A stretch of 32,000 bases of DNA from Fastidiosibacter lacustris (GTDB lineage: Bacteria > Pseudomonadota > Gammaproteobacteria > Francisellales > Francisellaceae): assembly GCF_003428155.1 (NCBI RefSeq), contig NZ_QLIR01000003.1, positions 60,001 through 92,000 on the forward strand, in the 5' to 3' direction. Both the position numbers and the translations under genes were made by a program. This document shows positions 1-8,129 of this stretch, in pieces (position 1 is the stretch's first letter; every line of letters begins with the position of its first letter). The notes under the pieces are model-generated. The model saw only the letters and a program-made list of their open reading frames with translations. It made no database searches and had not been told where the DNA came from.

Positions 1-383
1 ACCTTTTTAAGGTAAGAATAATTGCTTAAAGTCGATTGAGTTAATAAAGGGATGTCAACAATTGTATAAGCTGATTGACTTAGTTTAAGCGCATCTTCAA
101 TTTGCTTTCGAATAATTGGGTGCATGAGGTTGTTTAGCCATAAACGATCTTTAGCATTAAGACTTATGATTTTTCTTAACGCTAAACGATTTACCTTCAT
201 GTTATTTTGGACGACGTTTTTGCCAAAATGCTGATAAATTGCTTCGATAACATGAGGTAGTTCAATTGTTTTCTTGGCATATTGGTCAGCACAAATTACC
301 TCAATATGGTAACGTTGAGCAAAAAGTGAAGCGACAGTAGTTTTTCCACTACCAATTCCACCGGTAAGTGCGACAGGATACAT
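1..383 (-). CDS. coaE: Dephospho-CoA kinase, N-terminal part (gene runs off the left edge)
   Basis: Own translation of the reverse strand from the ATG at 383: MYPVALTGGIGSGKTTVASLFAQRYHIEVICADQYAKKTIE... P-loop GGIGSGKT and the following Ala-Asp pattern are typical of CoaE. Not in the ORF track because it is open at the window edge. Confidence 0.88.
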   Translation of the reverse strand, partial: MYPVALTGGIGSGKTTVASLFAQRYHIEVICADQYAKKTIELPHVIEAIYQHFGKNVVQNNMKVNRLALRKIISLNAKDRLWLNNLMHPIIRKQIEDALKLSQSAYTIVDIPLLTQSTLSNYSYLKK

Positions 384-469
384 GTTTTTTTGGTGTACCT
401 TGGGTTTGTTTCTTGATAGGATAACGACGTTTGCCAAATATTTGTAGCTAAACAGTTAATGGAGTTGCT

Positions 470-1432
470 ATGCAAAACATGTTACCTTGTTCTAATCTCG
501 CTTCAGCTAAGCATTTAATCAGTATTAAAAATTTAGATCGACAGGCACTTGATCATTTAATGTGTTTAGCCAAAGAAGCCTATCATGGAAAGCTTCAAGG
601 GAGTTTAAAGGATAAGATTATTGCCAGTTGTTTTTTTGAAGCCTCGACTCGCACGCGCTTATCATTTGAAGCAGCAATTCACCGTTTAGGCGCAAGTGTC
701 ATAGGTTTTTCTGACGCGCAGAGCACATCATTTGCACAAAAAGGAGAGTCATTAACTGATACGATTCATATGTTAAATGGTTATGCTGATGCAATTATCA
801 TGCGCCATTTTGAAGTAGGAAGTGCTGAACGTGCAGCAGCTGTTTCTGCCATTCCTATTGTTAATGCGGGAGATGGAGCAAATGAGCATCCTTCTCAAAC
901 GTTACTCGATTTATTTACAATTGAACAGAAGTTCAACAAGATAGATGGTATTAAAATAGCAATGGTAGGGGATTTACGCTATGGTCGAACTGTACACTCA
1001 CTAAGTTATGCGTTAATGAATTACCTAGATGTTACAATTTACTACGTTGCGCCAAAGGCTTTACAGATTCCAGATGAAATTTTGATAAAACTTAAACAAA
1101 AGAATGTTACTGTTACTTGTATAGAGAAGTTGGAACAAGTATTGGGTTTGATAGATGTATTATATATGACTCGACTACAAAAAGAGCGTTTTACTGGAAA
1201 CGAACAGCATAAGCTGGAGTACGTGATAACAGCTCAAATGCTAAAAAAACAAGCACGCAATAAGATGATCGTCATGCACCCTTTACCACGCATTCACGAG
1301 GTTTGTACTTCTGTTGATGCAACCAAATATGCCTGGTATTTTCAGCAGGCCAAAAATGGTGTATATATGCGCCAAGCGATCTTATACAATTTGTTTTTTA
1401 ATTCATTTATTGCAAACCATAAAGCTTGTTAG
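470..1432 (+). CDS. pyrB: Aspartate carbamoyltransferase catalytic subunit
   Basis: FFEASTRTRLSFEAA, DGANEHPSQTLLDL, MVGDLRYGRTVHSL and MHPLPRI motifs of ATCase. Confidence 0.95.
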   Translation: MQNMLPCSNLASAKHLISIKNLDRQALDHLMCLAKEAYHGKLQGSLKDKIIASCFFEASTRTRLSFEAAIHRLGASVIGFSDAQSTSFAQKGESLTDTIHMLNGYADAIIMRHFEVGSAERAAAVSAIPIVNAGDGANEHPSQTLLDLFTIEQKFNKIDGIKIAMVGDLRYGRTVHSLSYALMNYLDVTIYYVAPKALQIPDEILIKLKQKNVTVTCIEKLEQVLGLIDVLYMTRLQKERFTGNEQHKLEYVITAQMLKKQARNKMIVMHPLPRIHEVCTSVDATKYAWYFQQAKNGVYMRQAILYNLFFNSFIANHKAC

Positions 1433-1460
1433 TAATGAATACAAAACTTATTTTCCTTCG

Positions 1461-1497
1461 ACCTCTGCAAGAGGTAGGATAAGGCGTAATCCAACCT
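1461..1497. repeat. Composite palindromic element with two mutually exclusive short hairpins
   Basis: ACCTCT-gca-AGAGGT (1461-1466/1470-1475), overlapped by AGGTaGGAT-aaggcgta-ATCCaACCT (1472-1480/1489-1497). Confidence 0.45.
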
Positions 1498-1513
1498 AAT
1501 TTTGATATCGTTA

Positions 1514-1804
1514 CTAGCTATAGGATGCAAAACGACTCACCTGCCAGCTGCGCGATAAAAAATTATCTATTGTAAGGCTTTTCTTTAAAAAGCTTTTGCT
1601 TTGTGCAAGCATAGGTGTGGGGTCTGTATGGTAAAAGTTAAAGTTATATTTACGAGCAATACGTCTTAAATTACTAACGCTGCAATCTAATACTTTAGCA
1701 ATTTGATGAGGTTGCATCTTTTGCTCAATACAGCGTTGAAAAAATTCCAAAATTGAGCAATTGTAATGTAGTGCGATTTTTGTCTCAACCGTAATTTTTT
1801 TCAT
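1514..1804 (-). CDS. Small hypothetical protein with helix-turn-helix-like segment
   Basis: 96-codon ORF with an SD-like GGGAG 7 nt before ATG. The segment MQPHQIAKVLDCSVSNLRRIARKYNF resembles an HTH. Confidence 0.55.
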   Translation of the reverse strand: MKKITVETKIALHYNCSILEFFQRCIEQKMQPHQIAKVLDCSVSNLRRIARKYNFNFYHTDPTPMLAQSKSFLKKSLTIDNFLSRSWQVSRFASYS

Positions 1805-2235
1805 TAATTTACTCCCTATTCTTAAATCCTTACTTTATATTTTTTTGGCTTGATTTGATTTAAAAGCCAGCTTGGCGAAATAGCTTTTCCTTATAACTCG
1901 TTATCATATAAGTCCGTATTCAGTAGACAGCTTATTTTTCCTTTGAACACATGGTTTAAGCGTTTGGTAGCCTTTTGCTTAAGTTAGTTTGCAAGCCAAT
2001 GAAATGCTTTTAAACTAGTACCAAAGGTTATTATTCTAAGCTTCTTATCTGGAGATAATACTTTATCGCAAAGCTAAGCATATGACTAGTGAAAAGTAGT
2101 AAAAATTTAAAATAATCTATATTCCGGATTCCCTGCCTCTAAATGCAAAGTCAATCATAACGCTTAAGAATGTCTATAGATATTGCAAAATGCTTCGCAA
2201 TGACTCTTAGAGAGTAGTTACAGTATATATAAATA

Positions 2236-2670
2236 TTATTTTACTTGTTCAATAGTTTGTGCGTGGGGTTGATTATTAATTTTTATTTTTTTAGGTTGCA
2301 TTGCTTCAGGAACTTCTTTAATCAGTGAGATATTTAAAATCCCATTTTCAAATTGTGCTCCTTTAACTTCAATATGATCAGCAAGCTCAAAAGTGTGAGT
2401 AAATGAACGCTCAGCAATTCCACGATGGATAAATTTACGCTCTTTATTATCATCTATTTTACTGCCAGTTACCGTAAGCTTCCCTTGGTGAACAGTAATG
2501 TCGATTTCAGATTCATTAAATCCAGCAATTGCCATGCTGATTAAATAATCTTGTTTTCCAAGTACTTCAATATTGTATGGTGGATAGCTTATCGGTTTAC
2601 CTGCTTCAGCTAAAGCAAATAAACGATCAAAGCCGATAGCATTTCTAACAAGTGAGTCTAATGTATTCAT
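2236..2670 (-). CDS. Hsp20 / alpha-crystallin family small heat-shock protein (IbpA-like)
   Basis: MNTLDSLVRNAIGFDRLFALAE...YPPYNIEVLGKQDYLISMAIAGF...GKLTVTGSK...ERKFIHRGIAERSFTHTFELADHIEVKGAQFENGILNISL. The start at 2670 is preferred over 2733 because it has an upstream TAGGAG and matches the IbpA N-terminus. Confidence 0.93.
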   Translation of the reverse strand: MNTLDSLVRNAIGFDRLFALAEAGKPISYPPYNIEVLGKQDYLISMAIAGFNESEIDITVHQGKLTVTGSKIDDNKERKFIHRGIAERSFTHTFELADHIEVKGAQFENGILNISLIKEVPEAMQPKKIKINNQPHAQTIEQVK

Positions 2671-2776
2671 ATTTTTACTCCTAATATTTAGCAAGTGTAA
2701 TTCATAAAAAAGCAGCAAGTTGACTATCATCAAGCCAGCTGATTTTTAGATACCCATATGGCATATCCGATGCAAT

Positions 2777-2804
2777 AAATAAGGATGTTCAAATCAAATT
2801 CAAG
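2777..2804 (-). promoter_or_regulatory. Candidate sigma-32 (RpoH) promoter for the hsp20 gene
   Basis: Minus strand CTTGAAT (2804..2798), 13-nt spacer, CCTTATTT (2784..2777), versus consensus CTTGAAA-N13-17-CCCCATNT. Confidence 0.42.
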
Positions 2805-2854
2805 TAAAAATATTTTTTATGTTTTATCTTTAATAAAGCTTAAAATGAATGACT

Positions 2855-2882
2855 TTGGCATTGTAGTGACATGTGATATGAT
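2855..2882 (+). promoter_or_regulatory. Candidate sigma-70 promoter for ppx-rarA
   Basis: TTGGCA - 16 nt - TATGAT, 5/6 matches in each hexamer, located 36 bp before the ppx start. Confidence 0.5.
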
Positions 2883-2917
2883 GCCGTAGATTTGATAATT
2901 AGGAAAATAAGGAATAT

Positions 2918-3847
2918 ATGTCGAGTAAAAAAGTTGCTACGATTGATTTAGGCTCAAATAGTTTCCACATGTTGATTTCAGAGGTCACAATAGAAGGGCA
3001 GATTCAAGAGCTGTATCGTGGAAAAAGCAAGGTGCAATTACGAGCTGGTTTAACTGAAGATATGCGATTAACAGACGAAGTAAAAGCACGTGCCTTAGAG
3101 TGTTTACAAAATTTTGCATTATCAATTCAGCATTACCAAGTTGATGAAGTGAAGGTTGTTGGGACCTATACTTTGCGTAAAGCAAAAGAAAATATCTACG
3201 ACTTTTTAGATGAGGCACAACGTATTTTAAAAGCTAAGGTTGAAGTAATTTCAGGAGAAGAAGAGGCTCGCCTTGTTTATGTTGGCGCCTCTGCTGTGGT
3301 CGAAGCACAAAAGAAAAAGGCGCTTATCGTTGACATTGGAGGTGGGTCAACTGAACTTGTAATCGGAAAAGGGCAAAATCTAAAATCATTAGTGAGTTTG
3401 GAAATGGGGTGTGTGAGTGTCCAAAATCAGTTTTTTAACGATGGATTATTAACGCTAGCTAATTTTTCACAAGCAATTAATTATGCTTATAATTTGCTTG
3501 ATCCTATTGTAGCTGAATATATTCAACAAGGTTGGGATGTTGCTTTAGGCTCTTCTGGCACAATTCGTTCCATTTCTGATTTAGCACTTGCCCATAATTG
3601 GTCAGATGGCAGTATTACATGGGATGTTATGGAGATATTGGCAGCAGAGCTTTTACAAAAAAGAGTGGTAGCAAATGTTCATTTTAATGGTTTACGTTCT
3701 GATCGTGAGAATATACTAGCAGGTGGGTTTTGTGTGCTTTATGCTTTGTTTAATCGCCTAGGCATTAAAAAAATGCTGAAATCCGAGGGGGCCTTGCGCG
3801 AGGGGATGCTGTATGAAATCGTTAATAGTTATAAGCAGAAGGAATAG
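2918..3847 (+). CDS. ppx: Ppx/GppA family phosphatase (short form)
   Basis: ATIDLGSNSFHMLI, VDIGGGSTELVIG and ALGSSGTIRS motifs of the actin-like Ppx/GppA fold. Confidence 0.87.
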   Translation: MSSKKVATIDLGSNSFHMLISEVTIEGQIQELYRGKSKVQLRAGLTEDMRLTDEVKARALECLQNFALSIQHYQVDEVKVVGTYTLRKAKENIYDFLDEAQRILKAKVEVISGEEEARLVYVGASAVVEAQKKKALIVDIGGGSTELVIGKGQNLKSLVSLEMGCVSVQNQFFNDGLLTLANFSQAINYAYNLLDPIVAEYIQQGWDVALGSSGTIRSISDLALAHNWSDGSITWDVMEILAAELLQKRVVANVHFNGLRSDRENILAGGFCVLYALFNRLGIKKMLKSEGALREGMLYEIVNSYKQKE

Positions 3848-5125
3848 ATGAAACAAATACCGTTAGCTTTTAGAATGCGTCCACAGTCGTTGCAAGACTA
3901 TTTTGGTCAACAGCACTTACTAGCAAAAGAAAAGATTTTGGCACGAATGTTGGTTAAAAAGCAGATCGTATCAATGATTTTATACGGTAAACCAGGTGTT
4001 GGTAAAACCACCTTAGCCAAGGTGTTAGCAAATGAACTTAACGACTACTTTATTGAACTTTCTGCTGTAAGTGCTGGTATAAAAGACATTAAATCAGCTG
4101 TATTAAGTGCACAAACACGTTATGAAGAGAGTCATCAACAGACCATTTTGTTTTTGGATGAAATTCATCGCTTTAATAAGGCGCAACAAGATACACTGCT
4201 ACCGCATGTTGAAAATGGGGATTTGATTTTAATTGGAGCAACAACGGAAAATCCGTTTTTCTCAATAAACAATGCCTTGCTGTCTCGTTTGACTGTATTG
4301 AAACTCAAGCCATTAACTTTGCAAGATATGAATGCATTATTAAGGCATGCCTTGAGTTGTGATAAAATATTATCCAGTTATCCATTGACCTTAAAAGACA
4401 GTACAATAGAGAAGATTTTTTATGCTTCAACTGGTGATTGTCGGTGCGCCTTGAACCTTCTGGAAGCTATGTTTTTAGTGGCAAATACAGCAGATATCAA
4501 TATAAAAAAAGAGATTGAACTAGGAGATGAGTTACTGGCAATTACATTATCTGAGCATGCGCATAAGATGGATAAAGGTGGTGATTATTTTTATGATCAG
4601 TTATCTGCTTTTCATAAATCGGTTCGAGGCTCCGATCCTGATGCAGCTGTTTTTTGGCTTGCTAATATGATTGAAAGTGGTGCAGATCCATTGGTCATTG
4701 CGAGGCGAATGTTATGTATTGCTTCAGAAGACATTGGTAATGCTGATCCAAAAGCTCTTGGCTTAGCTTTAGATGCTTGGCAAGCTTATGAAAGGCTTGG
4801 TTTACCAGAAGGGCGTTTACCACTTATTCAAGCAGCAGTATATTTGGCATGTGCACCTAAGAGTAACGCTGCTTATATGGCATATAAAAGTGTATTTGAT
4901 GATCTAAAAAATTATTCAGAGGTTAGTGTTCCAATCCACTTGAGAAACATTAAACCAATAGGTGAAAAGATAAGTGCAGAATATCAATATCCACATAATT
5001 TTCCTGAAGGTTATGTTAAACAGCGTTATTTGCCAGATAATGTGAATCGTCAATATTATTACCCAACAGATAGAGGACTTGAGCAGAAAATTAGCCAAAA
5101 ACTATCTTACTTAAAATCAAAGTAG
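3848..5125 (+). CDS. rarA: Replication-associated recombination protein A (RarA/MgsA AAA+ ATPase)
   Basis: RMRPQSLQDYFGQQHL, LYGKPGVGKTTLAKVLA, FLDEIHRFNKAQQDTLLPHVE, LIGATTENPFFSINNALLSR; the start directly abuts the ppx stop. Confidence 0.95.
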   Translation: MKQIPLAFRMRPQSLQDYFGQQHLLAKEKILARMLVKKQIVSMILYGKPGVGKTTLAKVLANELNDYFIELSAVSAGIKDIKSAVLSAQTRYEESHQQTILFLDEIHRFNKAQQDTLLPHVENGDLILIGATTENPFFSINNALLSRLTVLKLKPLTLQDMNALLRHALSCDKILSSYPLTLKDSTIEKIFYASTGDCRCALNLLEAMFLVANTADINIKKEIELGDELLAITLSEHAHKMDKGGDYFYDQLSAFHKSVRGSDPDAAVFWLANMIESGADPLVIARRMLCIASEDIGNADPKALGLALDAWQAYERLGLPEGRLPLIQAAVYLACAPKSNAAYMAYKSVFDDLKNYSEVSVPIHLRNIKPIGEKISAEYQYPHNFPEGYVKQRYLPDNVNRQYYYPTDRGLEQKISQKLSYLKSK

Positions 5126-5250
5126 GTTTGAAATTCATTAAATCCTTCCTACACTTAAATTACAGATTGGATGAATATAACTGCTACATCAGAGATAGCT
5201 GAGGAAATGGCTAAAGTAGTGCAAAAAATGAGTGTGGAGTATAGACCATC

Positions 5251-6600
5251 ATGAAGCCAAAAGTATTTACCCTAACAACAATAGCGTTAAACATTCTTAC
5301 TGTAAGTTTAATTGCAGCTTCAGCAGAACCAAGTCAAAATAATACACAGGAGCATATAGATAAATTGTCACGCAGTATAGAGCTTGTTAAACAAGCATAT
5401 GTAGATGAGTTAAGTGATGAAGAGATTTTAGAAAGTGCGATTGATGGCATGTTGAAATCTCTTGATCCACATTCTCGTTTTTTAGACGATGACGATTTTG
5501 CTGATTTACAACTATCGATTCATGGAGAGTTTGCAGGTCTTGGCATGCATGTTACTTCGGTTGATGAGCAGATTAAAGTGATTTCTCCTATAGATGATAC
5601 TCCAGCGCATCGTGCGGGTGTGAAAGCTGGTGATTATATCATTAAAATTGATGATATAAATGTTACTGGTATGGCACTTGATGAGGCAGTTAAAAAAATG
5701 CGAGGAGAGCCTGGTACACAAGTCAATATCACGTTAGTAAGAGATAAAACACCCAAACCAATTATATTATCGTTGATACGTGAAAATATTAAACTTCAAT
5801 CCGTGAAGTCAGAAATAATTGCAGATGATTATGGCTATATTCGGATTAGCCAATTTCAAGGTGGTACCGCAGAAGAGCTTAAATCAAATATTGATAAACT
5901 TATAAAGGATAATCCAAAGATAAAAGGCTATGTTTTGGATTTACGCAATAATCCTGGTGGTTTATTGGATTCTGCCGTTGCCATTAGTGATACTTTTTTA
6001 CAGGCTAATCCAGCTAATCCTAAAAAAATTGTTTATATCAAATCACGTAACCCCTTAGAGTCAAGTACTAGCTATGCCGTAAGCAATGATTATATTAATG
6101 GTTTACCGATGGTGGTATTAGTAAATATGGGATCTGCTTCAGCTTCTGAGATTGTTGCTGGGGCATTACAAGATAATAAGCGTGCAATTATTGTTGGAGT
6201 GAAAACCTTTGGTAAAGGTTCTGTACAAACTGTTATTCCAATTTCTGAAACCAATGCGGTTAAACTTACAACTGCTCGCTATTACACACCAAATGGTATA
6301 GCGATTCAATCACAAGGTGTGATTCCTGATGTGATCGTTGAAGGCGAGGGAACTTTGTTGGTTACCACTATGGGTGATGGTAAAAATAAGGATAATCAAA
6401 CTGAATCATTGACATTTGATGAAAGTAGTTTTCATCATGCTATCTTATCGAATAATGATAAAATAAAAGATAAACAAACCAAGCAGGCATTAGAGGATTA
6501 TAAAAAAGATTATAAGATAACGCAAACCTTAGAAACTAAGGATAATCAATTAGCTGAAGCAATCAGTATTTTAAAAGCTTTAAGTATTATGGAGTCATAA
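5251..6600 (+). CDS. ctpA: S41 family carboxyl-terminal processing protease, exported
   Basis: Hydrophobic signal-like N-terminus, SLDPHSRFLDDDD, PDZ segment (VISPIDDTPAHRAGVKAGDYIIKIDD), YLDLRNNPGG-type LDLRNNPGGLLDSAV, MGSASASEIVAGALQD and the catalytic-lysine region TFGKGSVQTVIP. Confidence 0.93.
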   Translation: MKPKVFTLTTIALNILTVSLIAASAEPSQNNTQEHIDKLSRSIELVKQAYVDELSDEEILESAIDGMLKSLDPHSRFLDDDDFADLQLSIHGEFAGLGMHVTSVDEQIKVISPIDDTPAHRAGVKAGDYIIKIDDINVTGMALDEAVKKMRGEPGTQVNITLVRDKTPKPIILSLIRENIKLQSVKSEIIADDYGYIRISQFQGGTAEELKSNIDKLIKDNPKIKGYVLDLRNNPGGLLDSAVAISDTFLQANPANPKKIVYIKSRNPLESSTSYAVSNDYINGLPMVVLVNMGSASASEIVAGALQDNKRAIIVGVKTFGKGSVQTVIPISETNAVKLTTARYYTPNGIAIQSQGVIPDVIVEGEGTLLVTTMGDGKNKDNQTESLTFDESSFHHAILSNNDKIKDKQTKQALEDYKKDYKITQTLETKDNQLAEAISILKALSIMES

Positions 6601-6713
6601 ATAGAATGGTTTCTTAAAATTATGAGAAAACTAGAAACCAAGAGAAAATTATACTGCTTTTTTAAAAAAAATCGCTAGAATGTCTCAAAATCATTTATTC
6701 GACCTTTGTGCAG

Positions 6714-7367
6714 ATGCTGGATAAAAATATTGTAATCATTGGCGTAGTAGGTGGATCAGGCTCGGGAAAAAGCCTGTTATCTAATACGATAGTTGAAGAG
6801 TTAGAAGACCTTGAATCTGCGCGAGTTACTGTGTTATCAGAAGATCATTATTATCGTGACAATAGTCATTTATTAAGAGAACAACTTGACAAATTGAATT
6901 ATGATCACCCAGATGCGTTTGAGCATACTTTGTTAAAAACGCATCTAGAAACCTTGATTGCAGGACAAAATATTGATGTACCAATATATGATTATGCAAC
7001 CCATAGTCGTGTTAAAAACAAAACGCTACCAATTAGTGGACAAACCAGTATTTTAATTTTAGAAGGAATTATGCTTTTTACTGATGCAGGGCTTCGTAAT
7101 TTAATGGACATTAAGATTTTTATGGATACTCCAATGGATGTCTCTTTCATTCGTCGTTTGGTTCGAGATCAAAAAGAACGTGGACGTAGTGTAGATAGTG
7201 TAGTAACGCAATATTTAGAAACTGTGCGTCCGATGTTTTTACAATTTATTGAACCTGCAAAGCGATATGCTGACATTATTGTTCCACATGGAGGTAAGAA
7301 TAAGATTGCGATTGATCTCATTCGCTCAAAAGTACGTGAGTTATTACGTTTCAGCAGAACAATTTGA
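6714..7367 (+). CDS. udk: Uridine kinase
   Basis: IIGVVGGSGSGKSLLSN, DHYYRD, NYDHPDAFEHTLL, PIYDYATHSR. The track starts at a GTG at 6708; the ATG at 6714 is equally plausible. Confidence 0.92.
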   Translation: MLDKNIVIIGVVGGSGSGKSLLSNTIVEELEDLESARVTVLSEDHYYRDNSHLLREQLDKLNYDHPDAFEHTLLKTHLETLIAGQNIDVPIYDYATHSRVKNKTLPISGQTSILILEGIMLFTDAGLRNLMDIKIFMDTPMDVSFIRRLVRDQKERGRSVDSVVTQYLETVRPMFLQFIEPAKRYADIIVPHGGKNKIAIDLIRSKVRELLRFSRTI

Positions 7368-7375
7368 GGCATGCC

Positions 7376-7404
7376 CTTAGAGTTTGAAAAATGAAGACTC
7401 TAAG
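7376..7404. terminator. Inverted repeat between convergent udk and comF, possible bidirectional terminator
   Basis: Perfect 8-bp arms CTTAGAGT (7376-7383) and ACTCTAAG (7397-7404), 13-nt loop, overlapping the comF stop codon. There is no U-tract, so confidence is modest. Confidence 0.35.
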
Positions 7405-8062
7405 CTAAACAAAGAGTGAGTATACTTATTTTTGTGATTTGATTGGTAGGTTCATTTTGTAATGTGTTGACTAGTGATGTAATCGTTGCCCCAGTTGTAT
7501 AAACATCATCCACAATTAATAGGTGTTGTGCTGATATAGATTTAGTTTGTATAAATACATTATGCATTTGTATTTGCCTTTGTTGATAGTTTGATTTTGC
7601 TTGAGGTTTGGTGTATTTCATGCGTTTGATTGAACGTATATCCAATATTTGGTTTTGTTTTATAATATGTTTAGCCAAAATTTCTGCTTGATTAAATCCA
7701 CGCACTAAAAAGCGCAAACGATGACTGGGAACTGGTAAAATATAATCAACGTCATTTAAGAAAGGCTGACGCTGAAATGCTTTTTTCATGTACTGACCAA
7801 GAAAAACTCCTGCAATATGATTTTTTTGATATTTGAATAGAAATAAAAGCTTACGTGTTAAACCCTCAAAATGATTAAAAGCATATAATGTAATAGGTTG
7901 ACCATTAATTGTAAGTTTACGTCTTTTATGAAGCAAGGATTCTTTTGCTAAAGCGTTTTGGCAATGTTGACATAACCCTTGTTTGGTCTTTTGTAAACAT
8001 AAAATACATTGGTAATGAATGAAAATTGTTTTTAGGATGGTTAGGACTTTTAAAATAAACAT
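7400..8062 (-). CDS. comF: ComF family protein (phosphoribosyltransferase-like)
   Basis: CxxC...CxxC N-terminal zinc motif (CILC...CQHC), PVPSHRLRFLVRGFNQAEILAK, and PRT loop LLIVDDVYTTGATI. Confidence 0.9.
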   Translation of the reverse strand: MFILKVLTILKTIFIHYQCILCLQKTKQGLCQHCQNALAKESLLHKRRKLTINGQPITLYAFNHFEGLTRKLLFLFKYQKNHIAGVFLGQYMKKAFQRQPFLNDVDYILPVPSHRLRFLVRGFNQAEILAKHIIKQNQILDIRSIKRMKYTKPQAKSNYQQRQIQMHNVFIQTKSISAQHLLIVDDVYTTGATITSLVNTLQNEPTNQITKISILTLCLA

Positions 8063-8129
8063 TTTTTGTTTTTAATTGAAGTATCTTCATAGCTTTTATT
8101 TAAGCAGGAATTTTGAATAATGCTTCTTG

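Noticed and set aside
1314-1499. 61-aa + strand ORF
   Set aside because: Out-of-frame with and largely inside the pyrB 3' end; no family resemblance.
5512-5721. 69-aa antisense ORF inside ctpA
   Set aside because: Entirely antisense to a confident CDS; composition typical of shadow ORFs.
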